Shown piece by piece: positions 24,201 to 38,799 of a DNA stretch of 64,000 bases (positions are counted from its first letter, which is position 1; each line of letters begins with the position of its first letter). The notes under the pieces were generated by a model. That model did no database searches and was not told the origin of the DNA. It worked only from the letters and a program-made list of their open reading frames with translations. Where the stretch lies: contig OX597820.1 in NCBI GenBank assembly GCA_951406725.2, positions 2,604,001 to 2,668,000 of the forward strand. The letters run 5' to 3'. Origin of the DNA: Octopus vulgaris (Eukaryota). Position numbers and translations under genes: made by a program.

Positions 24201-27200
24201 CTATACCAGTGGTCCCCAACCTTTTTAATATCCAGGCCAGATCCCAAACCTGAAGAGTTTTGGGGCAGCCCACACCGAAGAAGCAAAACACAGGCCGATT
24301 GAAGAAAAATTTGTTATATTCATTGAGAGCCCCATGCAGCCCTGGGAGCTGTGGTTGAGAACCGTTGGTCTATACTTCTACTATCATTCTGAACCAACAG
24401 ATACAAAATAACTGAAGCACAAAAAGCAGAACAGTGACTTGATGTGAGCTTTCCAGATCAGAAGAGGAAAGCTGTACCATAACCAGTCTAAGTGGTCTGT
24501 GAAGGCCACATCACAATCCTTTCTACCTAACTTAGATTATAAACTATGAAAGTTTTACAACAACCATGAAAAAAATTGCCCAATTTTATGATGTTGCAAT
24601 AACAGTTTGGATTCTGCTTTACTGACGAGATATGATAAGACTGAAATACATCTGGAGGGAGTTGTTACTATATTGCTAACTCTGACTCTAATCTAGATTA
24701 CTTTTAATTAATTGAAACCTCAGGATTGTCTCCCCTGCGTTTATTGACCAGAATTAACAATTTTGGACCATTCATTGTTCTCATCACAAAAGGAGCAAAT
24801 TTTAATTAATTAATAATTTCTTGGCTTTCTACATCATGTACGAGAGAAACCTTTTTATATTTTTTTTAGTAATTGGAAATTGTTCATCCTCACACTTTTG
24901 CTTTTCCCTTTCCTGCTTATCAGTCACTATTATGTTGGAGAATTGGTTAAGAAAGCTAGTCTAAAGCTTATAGAGAATGTTCAATGAAGCAATGTCACCC
25001 AACACAATCTGTCCAAATATAGAGGTCAGAGGTCGTCTGGAGAGTATCAACTACATTCAACTATTTAAGTTTCTCCTTGACATCCGCAAACATAAAATGG
25101 TGGTGATGATGATGATGATGATGTACTGACAGCAACATTTGGGATATTTAACTGGTCTATAAAGGAAATCTACTTCATAGGTATTAACAGCTGGACACCA
25201 AGAGGAAACTGTTACGGAAAGTATAATACGACAGGTTTTATCTCACAAGAAAAGATGGATTAAAAAGCTTTAGATCAATCCCAGCATCCTTTGACATTCA
25301 GACAGCACCTAGAGTAGAGCAGGGTAGGAAAGACAAAGTCATCGTCCAATGTGAGAAAGGCCACATCTTGCATGTTGGGAGTGAACTCTGCAAAAAAGCA
25401 TTCAGTGGTTGAGGTCCACCAAACTTACCAGGTGTAACCTACAAAGATCAGGCAGAGCAATACTTGCATACCAACAAAAGGTTATGCATGGGTAGGTTTC
25501 ATGGGACCTCGAGAACTTTGACAGGGAGTCGGTTAGTCGACGTTACTCTGTAAGGAGCCTAGGGCTGGTTTCCTGGTTTTTCTGGCCTATATATATTCCT
25601 CCCTGGATGAGACACAGGTCAGTTGCAGGATTACTCTTCTTTTGCCAGGTGAGTGGACTGGAGCAACGCGAAATGAAGGTTTTGCTCAAGAAGCCAACAC
25701 TTCACCTGGTCCAGGAATCAAAACAACAATCTTACAATCATGATGCCAGTTCTGCCTGACTGGCTACCATGCCAGTCACAGGTAAAAAGCACCATTTGAG
25801 TGTGGTCAGTACCGGTGGCATGTAAAGAGCACCCACTACACTCTCGGAGTAGTTGGCATTAGGAAGGGCATCCATCTATAGAAACTTTGCCAGATAATAC
25901 TGGAGCGCGGTGCAGCCTCCTGACTTGCCAGTCCTCAAACCGTCCAACCCATGCCAGCATGGTAAGTGGATGTCAAATGATGGATGATGACAACACCCTA
26001 ACCACTAAACTATGCACCTTGACAGAGAGAGTGTAACACTTTAACTCCCATAGTTCTGTTGGAATACGCTGCCTTTGCTTCAATCGCTTTTGAAAACAAT
26101 GAAGCATTCATTGAAGTAAGTTTGTCTTTGTTAAGCTGCAGTTTGGAACCTAAATTGATACAGAATTTTGATGGAAGAAGATTTTAATTTAGGTCACTTT
26201 AAAACAGGAAGTTTGTATCAGAGAACTAAGAGTGGTTTTAACTGGGTTGGTATTAAAAGGATTAATATAAGCTGATTAAGTAGGAGAAACTCAGCTTCAG
26301 AGCCTGATGAGCTTCAAATTATGCAAACACCTTAAAAACCTTTGAAACATTTTTCTTGCTTTTTGGAAAAAATAAAACTCACAAAAGATTGAATGAAGTG
26401 ACCACCACTGTTTAATCCTGACAGGAGATGGTTGAGTAAATTTTGTAAGGATCTAACCTCAAATATGAATTTGAAAGGCAGTGAACAGGCAGAAGCATTA
26501 CCATGCCAGGCGAAATGCTTAGCGGTATTTTGTCTGTCTTTATGTTCTGAGTTCAAATTCCGATCAAGGTCGACTTTGCCTTTCATCCTTTCGGGGTCGA
26601 TAAATTAAGTACCAGTTGTGTACTGGGTTCGATCTAATTAACTGGCTACCTCCCCAAAAATTTGGGGCTTTGTGCCTAGAATAGAAAAGAATATTTAACT
26701 GACTAGAGAAGCTAATTTCCTCAACTGCACATCATCATCATCATCACTGAATGTCTGTTCTCCATGCTGGCGAAAGTTGGACCCTTTGACAGGTGCTGGC
26801 AAGCTGCACCAGACTCCAGTCTGATTTGGCAGGGTTTCTATGGCTGGATGCCCTTCTTAATGCCAACCACTTTATAGATCCTAATGGTTGCTTTTTACAT
26901 AGCACCAGCATAGGTGCTTTTTACGTGGTACCAGTACATAAGCAGGATTTCCTAATGAATAAAACTAAAAATTTTCTGTCGGCATATTGATGAGAGGAAA
27001 TTTCAGGTCATTATTATCATGACTTGGTGAAAACTGATGGGTATTTGACTGGAAACTGGAAAATTTTATAATTTCAGTAAAACTTGGTATTGTTTACGGA
27101 GATGTACTTGCATAGCAGGTGACGTGATCTGAGATCGTGTGCTGGAACAGAAACAATTGCAGCATGGAAGGTGTTATTAAGCCATTTAAAAACCACACGA

Positions 27201-30200
27201 AAACCCTTAGATTCACTTCAACATTTAAATTTAATTTGTGTCAAACTATTTTCGTCACTTTGAGACTGCGACCTGTTCACCGACAAAATTCTGTGCTGCA
27301 TGGAATTTTGTCAGTGAACAGGTCGCAGTCTCAAAGAAAATATTTTAGCAAATGAAATTTAAATGTTGAAGTGAATCTAACGGTTTTTGTGTGTTCCTTA
27401 AATGGCTTATAAACACCTCCCACGCTGCAATTGTTTTGGCATTGTTTGTATTTCCAGAAAGATCTTTTGTAATTAATGTACAATAATAACAAAGCATTGT
27501 TCTTGGCATTTCTTTCATTCTTGCCTTTTTTTTTTTTTTTAACTTTCAGTTTTGTTTTATCAAAAGGTAACATTTGGTGCAGGTGCCATGTAAAAAGCAC
27601 TCAGCACATTTTGTAAAGTGGTTGGCATTAGGAAGGGCATCCAGCCATAAAGACATTGCCAAGACAGACAATGGAACCTAGAGCGACTCTGGCCCTTGCC
27701 AGCTCCTTTTAAACTGTCCAACCCATGCCAGCATAGAAAACGGATGTTAAAGGATGAGGAGGAACATTTCAAATGGAAAACGGAGTCTGTAAAAGTGCTG
27801 CAGCTAAGCACTCCTTTCACAATCGACAGAACATCTTCCCGTGCTCTATCTAAAGAGAAGTCTCATAGCTTGCCCCAAAGAAGGGGCCATTTCAAAATTT
27901 GACATCAAGAAATAACCATACGAAAGATGAAGATGATGGTGGTGACCACAACGAAGAAGATGACAATACTTGCCAGCTGATTAACAACTCATTGAGCAAC
28001 AAGTCAAAAACTCTCTTGAGTGACACCTTAAGAATCTTTTCAACGAGAAATCCAACAGGTATTGATCCCCTTAAGATAAATAAGTTACTTTTCAGCCCTT
28101 TTGCTCCTCTCTTACCTCAGGGTCAAATCAGTCCCTTGCTACTCTGAGTTTCACTTGTAGGTGCATAAGACCTTCAGCTTGAACTCATTTGTCAGAGACT
28201 GGCCTGACCAAAATAAAATATATTAAGCTCTACCATGGTATTGAGTACTCTTTTTTTCTGACAGTTAACGCTAAATGTGTGTGTGTGTTAGTTAAAGATT
28301 CAATAGAATGCAGGGTGCCAGAGCTGGGTAGATACAATAATATAGGGTTTGCAGTGAGGTAAAACAACCATGAAGGCATCAGGTGTTGGTAAGATACTGT
28401 AGATATGTAAGTACCAAATCCTATTTAAACTGTGGAACTGACTCAGGGCTGCTTCCAGGTGCAGTGTAATACGTGTACACACACACATTATATACACCAT
28501 ATTTACTCAAGCATTATATACAATCAAACAAGACACCAGGGAGGAAACGGGTGGAGGCGGAGACATTATATCTGAATGGAAAGGAAGAAAAAGATGCACG
28601 AATAAAATATATCACTGAGTTTTGGGTGCAAAAAGAAGTGTGGGTGGTGGTAGTATATTTTAGATTATATTGTACTTGAGTAATTAAGGTGTATATCCAA
28701 GACACACTAGAAGAAAGATGACCAAAATCTTAAGAAAAACAGAAAAACACTGAATCACCTTGATTGGCTCCAGTATTTCCGGTTTTACTCCCTGGAACAC
28801 AAAGAAATGCAATGTATATTGGGAAGGATTTTGAATGTAACTAGAAAATGAACAAAACAACTAGGGCTGCTAAAACATTCCTCAACTGAGACCCCAATGA
28901 CCATTTTTGTTTTTAGAGTTGCTTAACTGACCTTACTAACACCCACCTGTGTTAGTGACATCTTCTCTGTCCCCACCTATCGCCTTCAAATCTTCTGTCC
29001 ATGAAATAATCAACTTTTTGGTGGGAGTTGTCTTTGCTAGCCCTTTGCCTCTCCTGTTATACGCAATACACCGGACGTATTTCCTCGTTATCCACTCGTC
29101 ATACACGACACACATTCCCAGCTTCGTTTCAACCACCAGAAAAACTTGGGATTTATGCAAGCTCAGTTTCACATTACTCAGAACGAATGAAATGCCTGAT
29201 AACTGACTTCACTCTTCTGCAGATTACAAGAGACCAGCCCTCCTCCTCCTCCTCCTCTTCTTTTGAATTCAACAACTTCTCAAATACCAACTTCACAAAC
29301 TCTAACATTACACTAGACCCCCCGTCACCCGCCAACGAACTCTCTCCACCAGGGATGACAAGAAAATAAAAATACTTAGAAACACACTAAATCACTAAAG
29401 TTATTTATTTCTAGTAAAAGGTTTGTGTTCACAGAATTCAAAGAAAGATTCCCAAATTAATTCCTCTCTTGCACTCCATCCAGATGTTCAACTTACCATT
29501 TCCACTGGTTTCAAAATATCCAGCAATGGTGCTACTGTTAAAAGAAATCTCATTAACAGGTGCAGGAGTGGCTGTGTGGTTAAGATGCTTGCTTCCCAAC
29601 CACATGGTTCTGGGTTCAGTCCCACTGCATGACACCTTGGGCAAGTGTCTTCTACTATAACCTCAGGCCAACCAAAGCCTTGTGAGTGGATTTGGTAGAT
29701 GGAAACTAAAAGAAGCCCGTCATATATAGATATATATCATCATTGTTTAATGTCCGTTTTTCATGCTAGCATGGGTTGGACAATTCGACTGGGGTCTGGG
29801 AACCCAGGAGGCAACACCAGGCTCCAGATGTATTTGTGTGTCTGTGTTTGTCCCCCAATCATTGCTTGACAGCTGATGTTGGTGCGTTTACGTCCCCCAT
29901 AACTTAGTGGTTCAGCAAAAGAGACTGATAGGATAAGTACTAAGCTTACAAAGAATAAGTCCTGGGTGTCAATTTGTTCAACTCAAGGTGGTGCTCCAGC
30001 ATGGCTTCAGCCAAATGACTGAAACAAGTAGAAGAAAGTACAAGACCAGTTTTACTGCTGGTGTCACGAACATCCTCTGCAATCTTTGTTTAAATGTATT
30101 CCGTACTCTATTGAAGCCTAAGCCTAACCCTGCATCCACCATTGTCTCTTTCCTCAGACCAAACATCATCTAGATCTTCATATTCCAAAGATGCTTAAAC

Positions 30201-33200
30201 CTTCAGGAAGTATTATTCTTCCCATGTTTGTGCATATATATTTTGTTATGTTAGACCACCGCATCAACTTAAACCAATCTCATCCATCCTCCTTTGCTTG
30301 TTGTTCCAACACCATTCTCTTCTCTGCGTTATAAGCAATGCCCTTCCTCTTGAAGGCAATTATATTTAAAATGCTTACAGCTATCATGTGATGACAAAGC
30401 AAGGGGACAGAATCACATACAGGCTCCTCTCAGTTTCAACCTACCAAATCCAGTCACAAGGCTTTGGTTGGCCCCAAGGTGCGATGCACTGGAACGGAAC
30501 CCAAATCCATGCAGTTGGAAGGCAAACTCCTTACCACACAGCCACGACTGTGCCTTCAATGAACATTTATTTAAAGTTTATACTTTCAATGAATGTTCAG
30601 AAGACAGGGTGGCTCCACCTGCCAACCTTCACCACCAATTTCCATAAACCTTATCAACATACTAACTCGACTCTATCGGTCACGAATGACCAAGGGTGCA
30701 CCTAAGAGGTTCCCCTCCAGGGTCAAGTCTGAGCGGAAAGTTGCCTCACTGGTGAACGCACAGCCTAGGGTTGTTTTTATGGGAGACCAGCAGTCACCCA
30801 TGCATACCAACCTCCCCCTCTCCACACCACTGATGTTATCCAAGGGAAAGGCAAAGGGGCCGATACAGCTTGGCACCAGTGACATTGCAACTCTTTCCTG
30901 CAGCTGAGTGAACAGGAGCAACATAAAATAAGTGTCTTGCTCAAGGACACAACACACAGCCTAGTCTGGGAATTGAACTCACAACCTTACGATTGTAAGT
31001 TCGACGATCTAACCACTGAGCCATGTGCCTTCTATCAAGATACACTCCCCTGGTAATTGAACTACACAGCACCACTGAAAGCCTTGTTCTCAGACTCACT
31101 CCCTAAGACCCTCCTTACTTATCTACCCGGGTGGTAAGAAGTTTGCTTCTCAACCACAGGGTACCAGGTACAGTCTCACTGCATGGCACCTTGGGCAAGT
31201 GTCTTCTGGTACAGCCTCACGCCAACCAAAGCCTAGTGAGTAGATTTCATAGCCGGAAACTAAAAGAAGCCCATCATGGATGTGTGTGTGTCTGTCTGTG
31301 CGTTTGTCCCCCTCGACACCCCCTGACAACCAGTGTCGATGTCTTTATACCCCTGTAACTTAGCGGTTCAGCAAAAGAGCCCGATACAATAAGAACCAGG
31401 CTTTAAAGGAAAAAATACTGGGGTCGATTCATTCAATTAAAAACTCGTCCCTCAAGGCAGTGCCCCAGCATGGCCATTGTCTAATGACTGAAACAAGTAA
31501 AAGATAAAAGATTTAAAAGAAAACCAAAAGAGATCTCCCTGCCCCCATTCTTCAACAAACATAAACCATCAACTCTCTCTCTCCCTCATCACACGGCCCA
31601 TTGTCTTTGTCTCTCAAAGGCAAAACACTTTCACACACACACAGAGTGTGAGAGAGAGAGAGAGAGAGAATGAGAGGAAGAAAGAGTCATTTTTAGGTGT
31701 CTTTTCTTTCAGCTACAAAGACAAAGCACTGGATTCGATGGTAGTGGTGATAATGATGATGATGACAATGACGATGGTGATGATGATGATGACAACAAGG
31801 CTGTAATTATGATGACAACAATGATTGTAATGATGATGGTGATGATGATGATGACAATGATGATAATTGCGATGACTGTAATGATGATGTGATGACGACA
31901 ATGGTGATGACTGATGATGCTGACGTTGTGGGGAGGGAGGCTGGGTGGGCCTACCGTCTTTCCTTCCCTCATATGACTCACCCCTGTCTCTTTCAACCCC
32001 TTTCTCGCACTCCCATCCTTCAACATACATACACCCTTGATCTCTCTCTCTCTCTCTCTCTCTCTGCACCACCCCCAACCATCTCGTGATCTCATGTCCC
32101 AGCCTCTTTGTCTGTCACACAACCATCTCTCTCTCTCTTTCTCTCTCCGATCCATCGGTGGAGCACTTTCTGATCTCTGCTGCAGTAATAACAGCTCTCA
32201 GATACGTTGTGCAAGAGAAAAAGACTGCAATGGTATGAGGAGGGGGTGGGGGTGAAGAAGTGACAAGAAATCCAAATGGAAAGAGTTTGCGGAAGAGGAA
32301 GACCAGAGGAAACAAAGGGAGAAGCAGTGGTGGTGGTGGTGGTGGACCTGAGTATGAAAAGACTTGTCCAACCATACAAGCATGGGAAAACAGGTTGGGT
32401 CATGACGATGGTGGTTGTGATGTTGATGATGAGGAAATAGACTGGGAGGGAGGCTAGGTGGGCATATCGGATGGATAGGTGGGTGGATAGATAAACAGTT
32501 AACTAACAAATAACTGTAGACTGGGCTTCACAGCTGGAGAGTTCATTGTGTGTGTGTGTGTGTGTGTGCGTGTGTGTGTTATATACAAATCATCATCATC
32601 ATCATTAAAAACATCATAATCATTTTAATGCCTATTTTTCTCTGCTTGCATGAGTCAGACAAACTTCGCTGAGCTAAATTTTCTATTTAGATGCTCTTTC
32701 TGTCACCAACCCTCACCCATTTCCATATATGGTAATATTTCTCTGAGTCCTTTGAACATCAAACTGTACAATGGCCAGACATGTTTTCATGGAAGATTGC
32801 AAACAAACAACATTGCTTCTATGATGGTTGCATGTCTTTACAATTAGCATTCTATGCTGAGACAAGGATATACAAACACACACACGCATACATATATGAT
32901 GGGCTTCATTTCAGTTTCTGTGTAGCAAATTCACACTCGAAGTTTTGGTCAGCCTAAGGCTATAGTAGAAAATACTTATACAAGGTGCCATGCAGTGGGA
33001 CTGAACCCAGAACCATGTGGTTGCCAAGCAACGTATGCATATGAATAGGAGTGAGTGTATTTATATAGTTATCATCAACACCATCGCTTCTTTAACATCC
33101 ACTTTTACATCCTTGCATGGTTGGATGGAATTTGTTGAGTGGGTGCCTTTCCTGGTGCCAACCCTCATCAGTTTCCAAGCAAAATAACATTTCCCCAAGA

Positions 33201-36200
33201 CCAGACATGTTTTCATGGAAGATTGGAAATGAAGAAAACCATTCGTATGAGAGTGACTTTCATCTTCAGTTACCACGGCAAGGAGACAGTAGCACACACA
33301 AATCCCCTCATCTCCCATTTGCTGCATCAGTTGGCCTTTGACCTGTCAGTATTCGCCCCTTCCACTGCACCCTTCCACCACTCTGCCTCTTGTATATCAT
33401 AACACCTGTGTAACAGAGAACAATGGTCTGGTTCATACTTATTACCATTACTCTCTACCTCCTCCATCAGTCTCTCTCCCTCTAAGTAGCTTTTAGTTGA
33501 CACCTATTATTCTTACTCCTGTTTCTCTACTACTGTCCATTACTCCTCTTACCCTGACATATCTTTATCGCTAACCCATCACACTGCCCACACTGGTTTC
33601 GAGTTAGCCTCTTACCAACAACCAATATGTTCGAGAATGAGTCAAAACGTGATGCCATTTTGTTTAGGACAGGTAGAATTCCCAACACAGGAACATGTAT
33701 CATTCATCAAAATGAAGCTTATTATGAGTTTATTGTTTTTCCTTTTGGCAAGAAATCGACCAGAATGACCCCTTGAGCATCCCAAAAGACAGTCACCATG
33801 ATTTTTCCAGCTGACTTTTGTGTCTTGAACTTTCTTGGTGGTGGTCATGTAGAGTGGCGCCATTCCATTGACTGCTTCTTTGATTCCAGTTCATAATGAT
33901 GAACCCATGTTTCATCACCTGTTACGTGTCTTCGAAAGAAGGTGTCTCTTTGACTTTGTAGTGAAGAAGTGGCTCAAAGAATAGTCAACAGAATTTTACG
34001 GGACAGGGATACATGCTCTCATTCAAAGGTGGAACATTGCTATTGAGAGAAATGGTGACCATGCTGAAAAATAGGGATGTGATCCACAGAGGACCAGCTT
34101 CATTTTGATGTATGATACATGTTCCTGTGTTGGTAATTATACCAGTCCTAAACAAAATGACATTACTTTTTCACTCACCCTCGGAGATGTCAGTCTCTCT
34201 TTCTCTCCTTTCCATGCCATCGTTTCACTGGGTTTGTCTCCTACGACACTCTCATGTTCTTTCCCCTTTGACCTTCATTACCTTCATTCTTATTTATGTT
34301 TGCCCTGAAAGAGAGGAGGCTGCATCGAGTGGGCTCTTCAATGTTGCAGGGAACAAGGCAACTCCTCCAGAGTTGGTCCCCACAATAAAATGGCCTCAAT
34401 ACACCCTGTATAAGTAGCTGGTGACAGAGAAGACACACCATAGTATAGAGAGGACATGACAGTGTCTCTAGTACTGATGCCATAGTAAAATACAGAGCAA
34501 AATACTCTACAGAGGGAGAGACCGGTGCTAGGGAAGAGATCCAGCCAAAGAAACCATGCCACGGGCTTCTAACCTGCCTAGGAGAGCAATATCTCTGACC
34601 ATCCATACCTACACACATACAAATATACATGTAGAATGAGATAGCAGTATCGCTAAAGCTAGTATTTGGCTACAACAGATGCACCCTGCCAGGGTCAATG
34701 GAAACTCATCTTAAATTCCAAACCATTATTGAAATGTAGAGGAATAGAAAAAAATATCTCTTTAACATTTATGCATGACTTCAGATATGTTGCAACAGAC
34801 AGGAATCATTGATGCTTTTTATATTGCTCTGCACCTCAAATCAATCACCCCCACTCTCCGAAATTGTGAGGAGTCTTGTAGGCCCTCTACTGCAAGAAAC
34901 CTCTTCTACTATACTTTACTTCTCATCCCCTAGCTTCAAGTTGCACCCCTCCCCTCAGGGTTCATAGTCTTGCAAACTGCATAGCGCCCTCACTTCTGCT
35001 GGTGGTACATAAAAAGCACCCAATGCAAGCTGTAAAGTGGTTGGCATTAGGCAGGCCATCCAGCCACAGAAACCATGGCAAAGCAGACGGTAGAGGACAA
35101 TGGAGTCCTTGGGCACATTGGTTCTAGTGAAACATCCCATCCATGCCAGTGTGGTCCATGGATCTTCAATGATGATGATGATGATGACAAATACAAGAAA
35201 ATGCTTTTCCAAACTAGAGATGGCTAAAATGAATGAAACAGCAGGGAACTACCTTGATAATACTCAGTTAAAGAGCAAAAGTATAGCGTTTAAGACGTTA
35301 AGCAACCCGATGTGTGTGTGTGTTAGCAATCAGATCATAAACTCATTTCAAGGAGCTTAAGCAACATGATGAAGACATAGGCAAACATCTTTTGAGCCAG
35401 GGCAGGGCTGTAACTTAAAATATAAAATTTTATTTCAATGAAGAGACATTTGACAGATCGTTGCAGTTATGAAGTAGAAACACAGACAATACAGTCGCAA
35501 AACAACAAACAAATACAAGGAACGTTAAACAAAAAAAAAAGTTTGAAAAACACAAAATTTGAGACAATTATTAACGAGACAAGCTGAAAGAACAACTGAC
35601 AGTCACAGGTGAAAGACTGAAATATTAATGACACAAATCAAAGGCAAGATGCTGAATAAACATCTTGTTAAGGACCCTATATCAGTCGATTGTAGCTTCT
35701 TCAAAGGGGAACAGTGCAATTTCTGTCAAAACGCACTGAAAAAATTAAAACCTAAAGAAAATCTATCTGGAGGGAAGAAATGTTAAAACGAAACCAAAAG
35801 GATGCAGAACTAGAGCAGAGTGCAAACGCAGTGGCGGAACCACGTTTAAAGACACCAGCCAACAGGAAAACTCAGGGCCAGATATTATACAAGCAGGATA
35901 TTGCCATAAGACAGTTCTATATTTAAGAGATGAGGAATTATGTACATTATTTACATTTGACAGATATTTGTCCTCATCTTGTTTGTTTTTAACACAATGT
36001 TTCAGCTGATGTACCCTCCAGCCTTCATCAGGATTCTTAGGGAAATTTCAAACTTGGGTCTCATTCCTAAGGTATTTTTCAATGTTATTATTATTCAGGT
36101 CACTGCCTGGAATTGAAGTTAGAATCTTGGGGTAAGTAGCCCACACTCTTAACCACTACGCATGGGTATATGGCATAGTGGTTAAGAGCGTGGGCTACTA

Positions 36201-38599
36201 ACCCCAAGATTCCGACTTCAATTCCAGGCAGTGACCTGAATAATAATAACATTGAAAAATATCTTGGAAATGAGAACCCAGGTTCGAAATATCCCCAAGA
36301 TACCTGATGAAGGCTGGAGGGTACATCAGTATATTAACAACAAACAAGATGAGGACAAATATCTGTCAAATATAAATAATTGTCATAAGAGTTTCACTGT
36401 TTTGTGGAAGGATTTGGTGTCCTCACTCTTTTTGTTTCCCAAAATAGCCTCAAGACAAATACTGGTTTCAAGTTTTGGTACAAGACCAGCAATTTCGGGG
36501 GAGAGGGGTGGGGTGGGTCAGGGCAATTACATCAACACCTGACTTCCACTGGTACTTACTTTATCAACCCCACAACAATGAAAGACAGAGTTGACCTCAG
36601 TGGAATTTGAACTCAGAACATAAAAATGGCTGAAATGCTGCTAAGCATTTTGCCTGGTGTGCTAACCATTCTAATGGTTTCAAATTTTGGCACAAGGCCA
36701 GCAATTTCGGGGGAGAAAGGCAGGTTGATTACGCGGCGTTTAACTGGTACTTTTATGCTTTACCCAAGACAAATATTACCATCCGAATCCCTCTATCATA
36801 GTCTTGCTGCTCAACACCTGACATTAACCACTTCCTTTAATACTGCACTTTACTCAATTAAGGGGTCTTGTCTTGCAAATTGCCATATTTTAATGTATAT
36901 AAGGAACCCTTTTTTGTCAAAAATTAGGTTAAAAAGATATGGGGGTTTGTTATATATGGATAATATTATAATCCCTTACAAAAGCTTTTTTCCAAATTTT
37001 AAGTCCCCAAAATTAGGGGGTTCCTTATACACGTTAAAATATTGTACTTAGTGACATCATTAATGCCAGTGACCCCAAAAAAGCATTCAGTATACTCTGC
37101 AAAGTGGTCGACAAGCCCTCTGACCTGTTGGATCCTGTTAAACTGTCTGACCCATGCCAGCATGAGATACAGACACTGAAGAGTAAGGATGAGGATGATG
37201 ATGATGTCCCACTCTGTTCTTTAAAGGTGTTTATGTAAGGAAAAGAAGGGCAAATGAAGCTGAATAGAACCCTTACTTAATAAATTAATGACAAAGGATA
37301 AAGCAAGGAATCAGAACCTAGATCTTGGCTGTAGTCTGTAGTTAGACTATGAGAAGGTCTTTGATGCCATCAAATATGGCAGGATTGTCAAAGTATTACA
37401 ATTAGCTCCAAGTTCCCACCCACAACGATTGGGCAGCGAACAAGGGCAGAGGATAATGAAATGAATACCAGCTGGCATGTTGGGAGAGCTTTAATTAATC
37501 AGGGTTATAAGTGTGCCATAATAGAGAAAGAATGGTTGCAAATTCTGGCTCAAGGCCAGAGGGATGGGATTAGAGGGATGGGATTAGTCAATTATACCAA
37601 CCCCCAGTGCACAACTGGTACCTGTTTTATTGAATCCAAAAAGACAAAAGATAAAGTCAATCTTGGTGGCATTTGGACTCAAGACAAAGAGCCAGAAGAA
37701 ATAGTATATAGGTGCAGGAGTGGCTGTGTGGTAAGTAGCTTGCTTCCCAACCACATGGTTCTGGGTTCAGTCCCACTGCATGGCACTTTGGGCAAGTGCC
37801 TTCTGCTCTAGCCTCAGGCTGACCAAAGCTGTGTGAGTGGATTTAACTAAAAGAAGCCTATCGTATATATATATATAAACAACTTTATAAATAAGGGCAA
37901 AAGAAAAAAATTCCTCTGCCAAATATGCTGAGAAAGTAGAAATTGTTTCAAAAAGGTTGTAGTTTGTTTCGCTCTGGATATCCACTTTTATCCAATATAC
38001 GTTCTGATGGAACTGGAAACCAAACTCCAAACAAAGAATGGAAACTGAGACCCAAAACACGAGACAGAGCTTCATTTTGTTCTCTTCTGATAAAACTTCC
38101 TTCATTCATAAACGCTCAACCCTTTAGCATTCAGATTTCTCTTTTATATTTAAGGCTTGCTTATTCAGATTGATGTGAATTAGTCATAATTGTTTATTTT
38201 AAAAATAATATTGTAGAGTAGGCGTAAGAAACTGGATCTAACCAGTTTGAAGGTAAAACAGGTACAATACAAGGGGCCAGATATGGCTGGTTTAATTACT
38301 TAGAAGGTGACGAAAGTAAAACAAATTAATAGTTGTATGTGTTTTAAAATGGCTGTCAGAAAGGAAAAAGATAAAATTTGAATTTAGAATAATTCAAAAT
38401 TAAACTTGTCACTTGTGACCTAACCAAAGCAGTAGAGTGTTGGACTATGTTAGTTTTATCTCTTGACCAAGTGGATATTATCATTCAGTACCCCGATGTT
38501 GATACAAAAAATTACTGTAGTTAGTTTTAGTCCATAGAGCCCTGGTAAGAAATCAGCATTACAATTGTCAAAGAATTCTACTCCCATTTTCCCAATACG

Positions 38600-38632
<33 letters not shown>

Positions 38633-38761
38633 ATCAAAATAAGCAACAGGATATTGCTTATTTTGATTTTAATCACCTTACTTTGAAACTGTATGGATAA
38701 TACCGTACTAAATTCTGGTGCCTCAACTCAAGTACCTAATTCATCTGAATCTAAACTTTTG

Positions 38762-38799
<38 letters not shown>

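Noticed and set aside
31709-32509. Long His-, Ser- or Ile-rich ORFs
   Set aside because: They are products of (GAT)n, (CT)n and (GGT)n microsatellites, with no splice or homology support.
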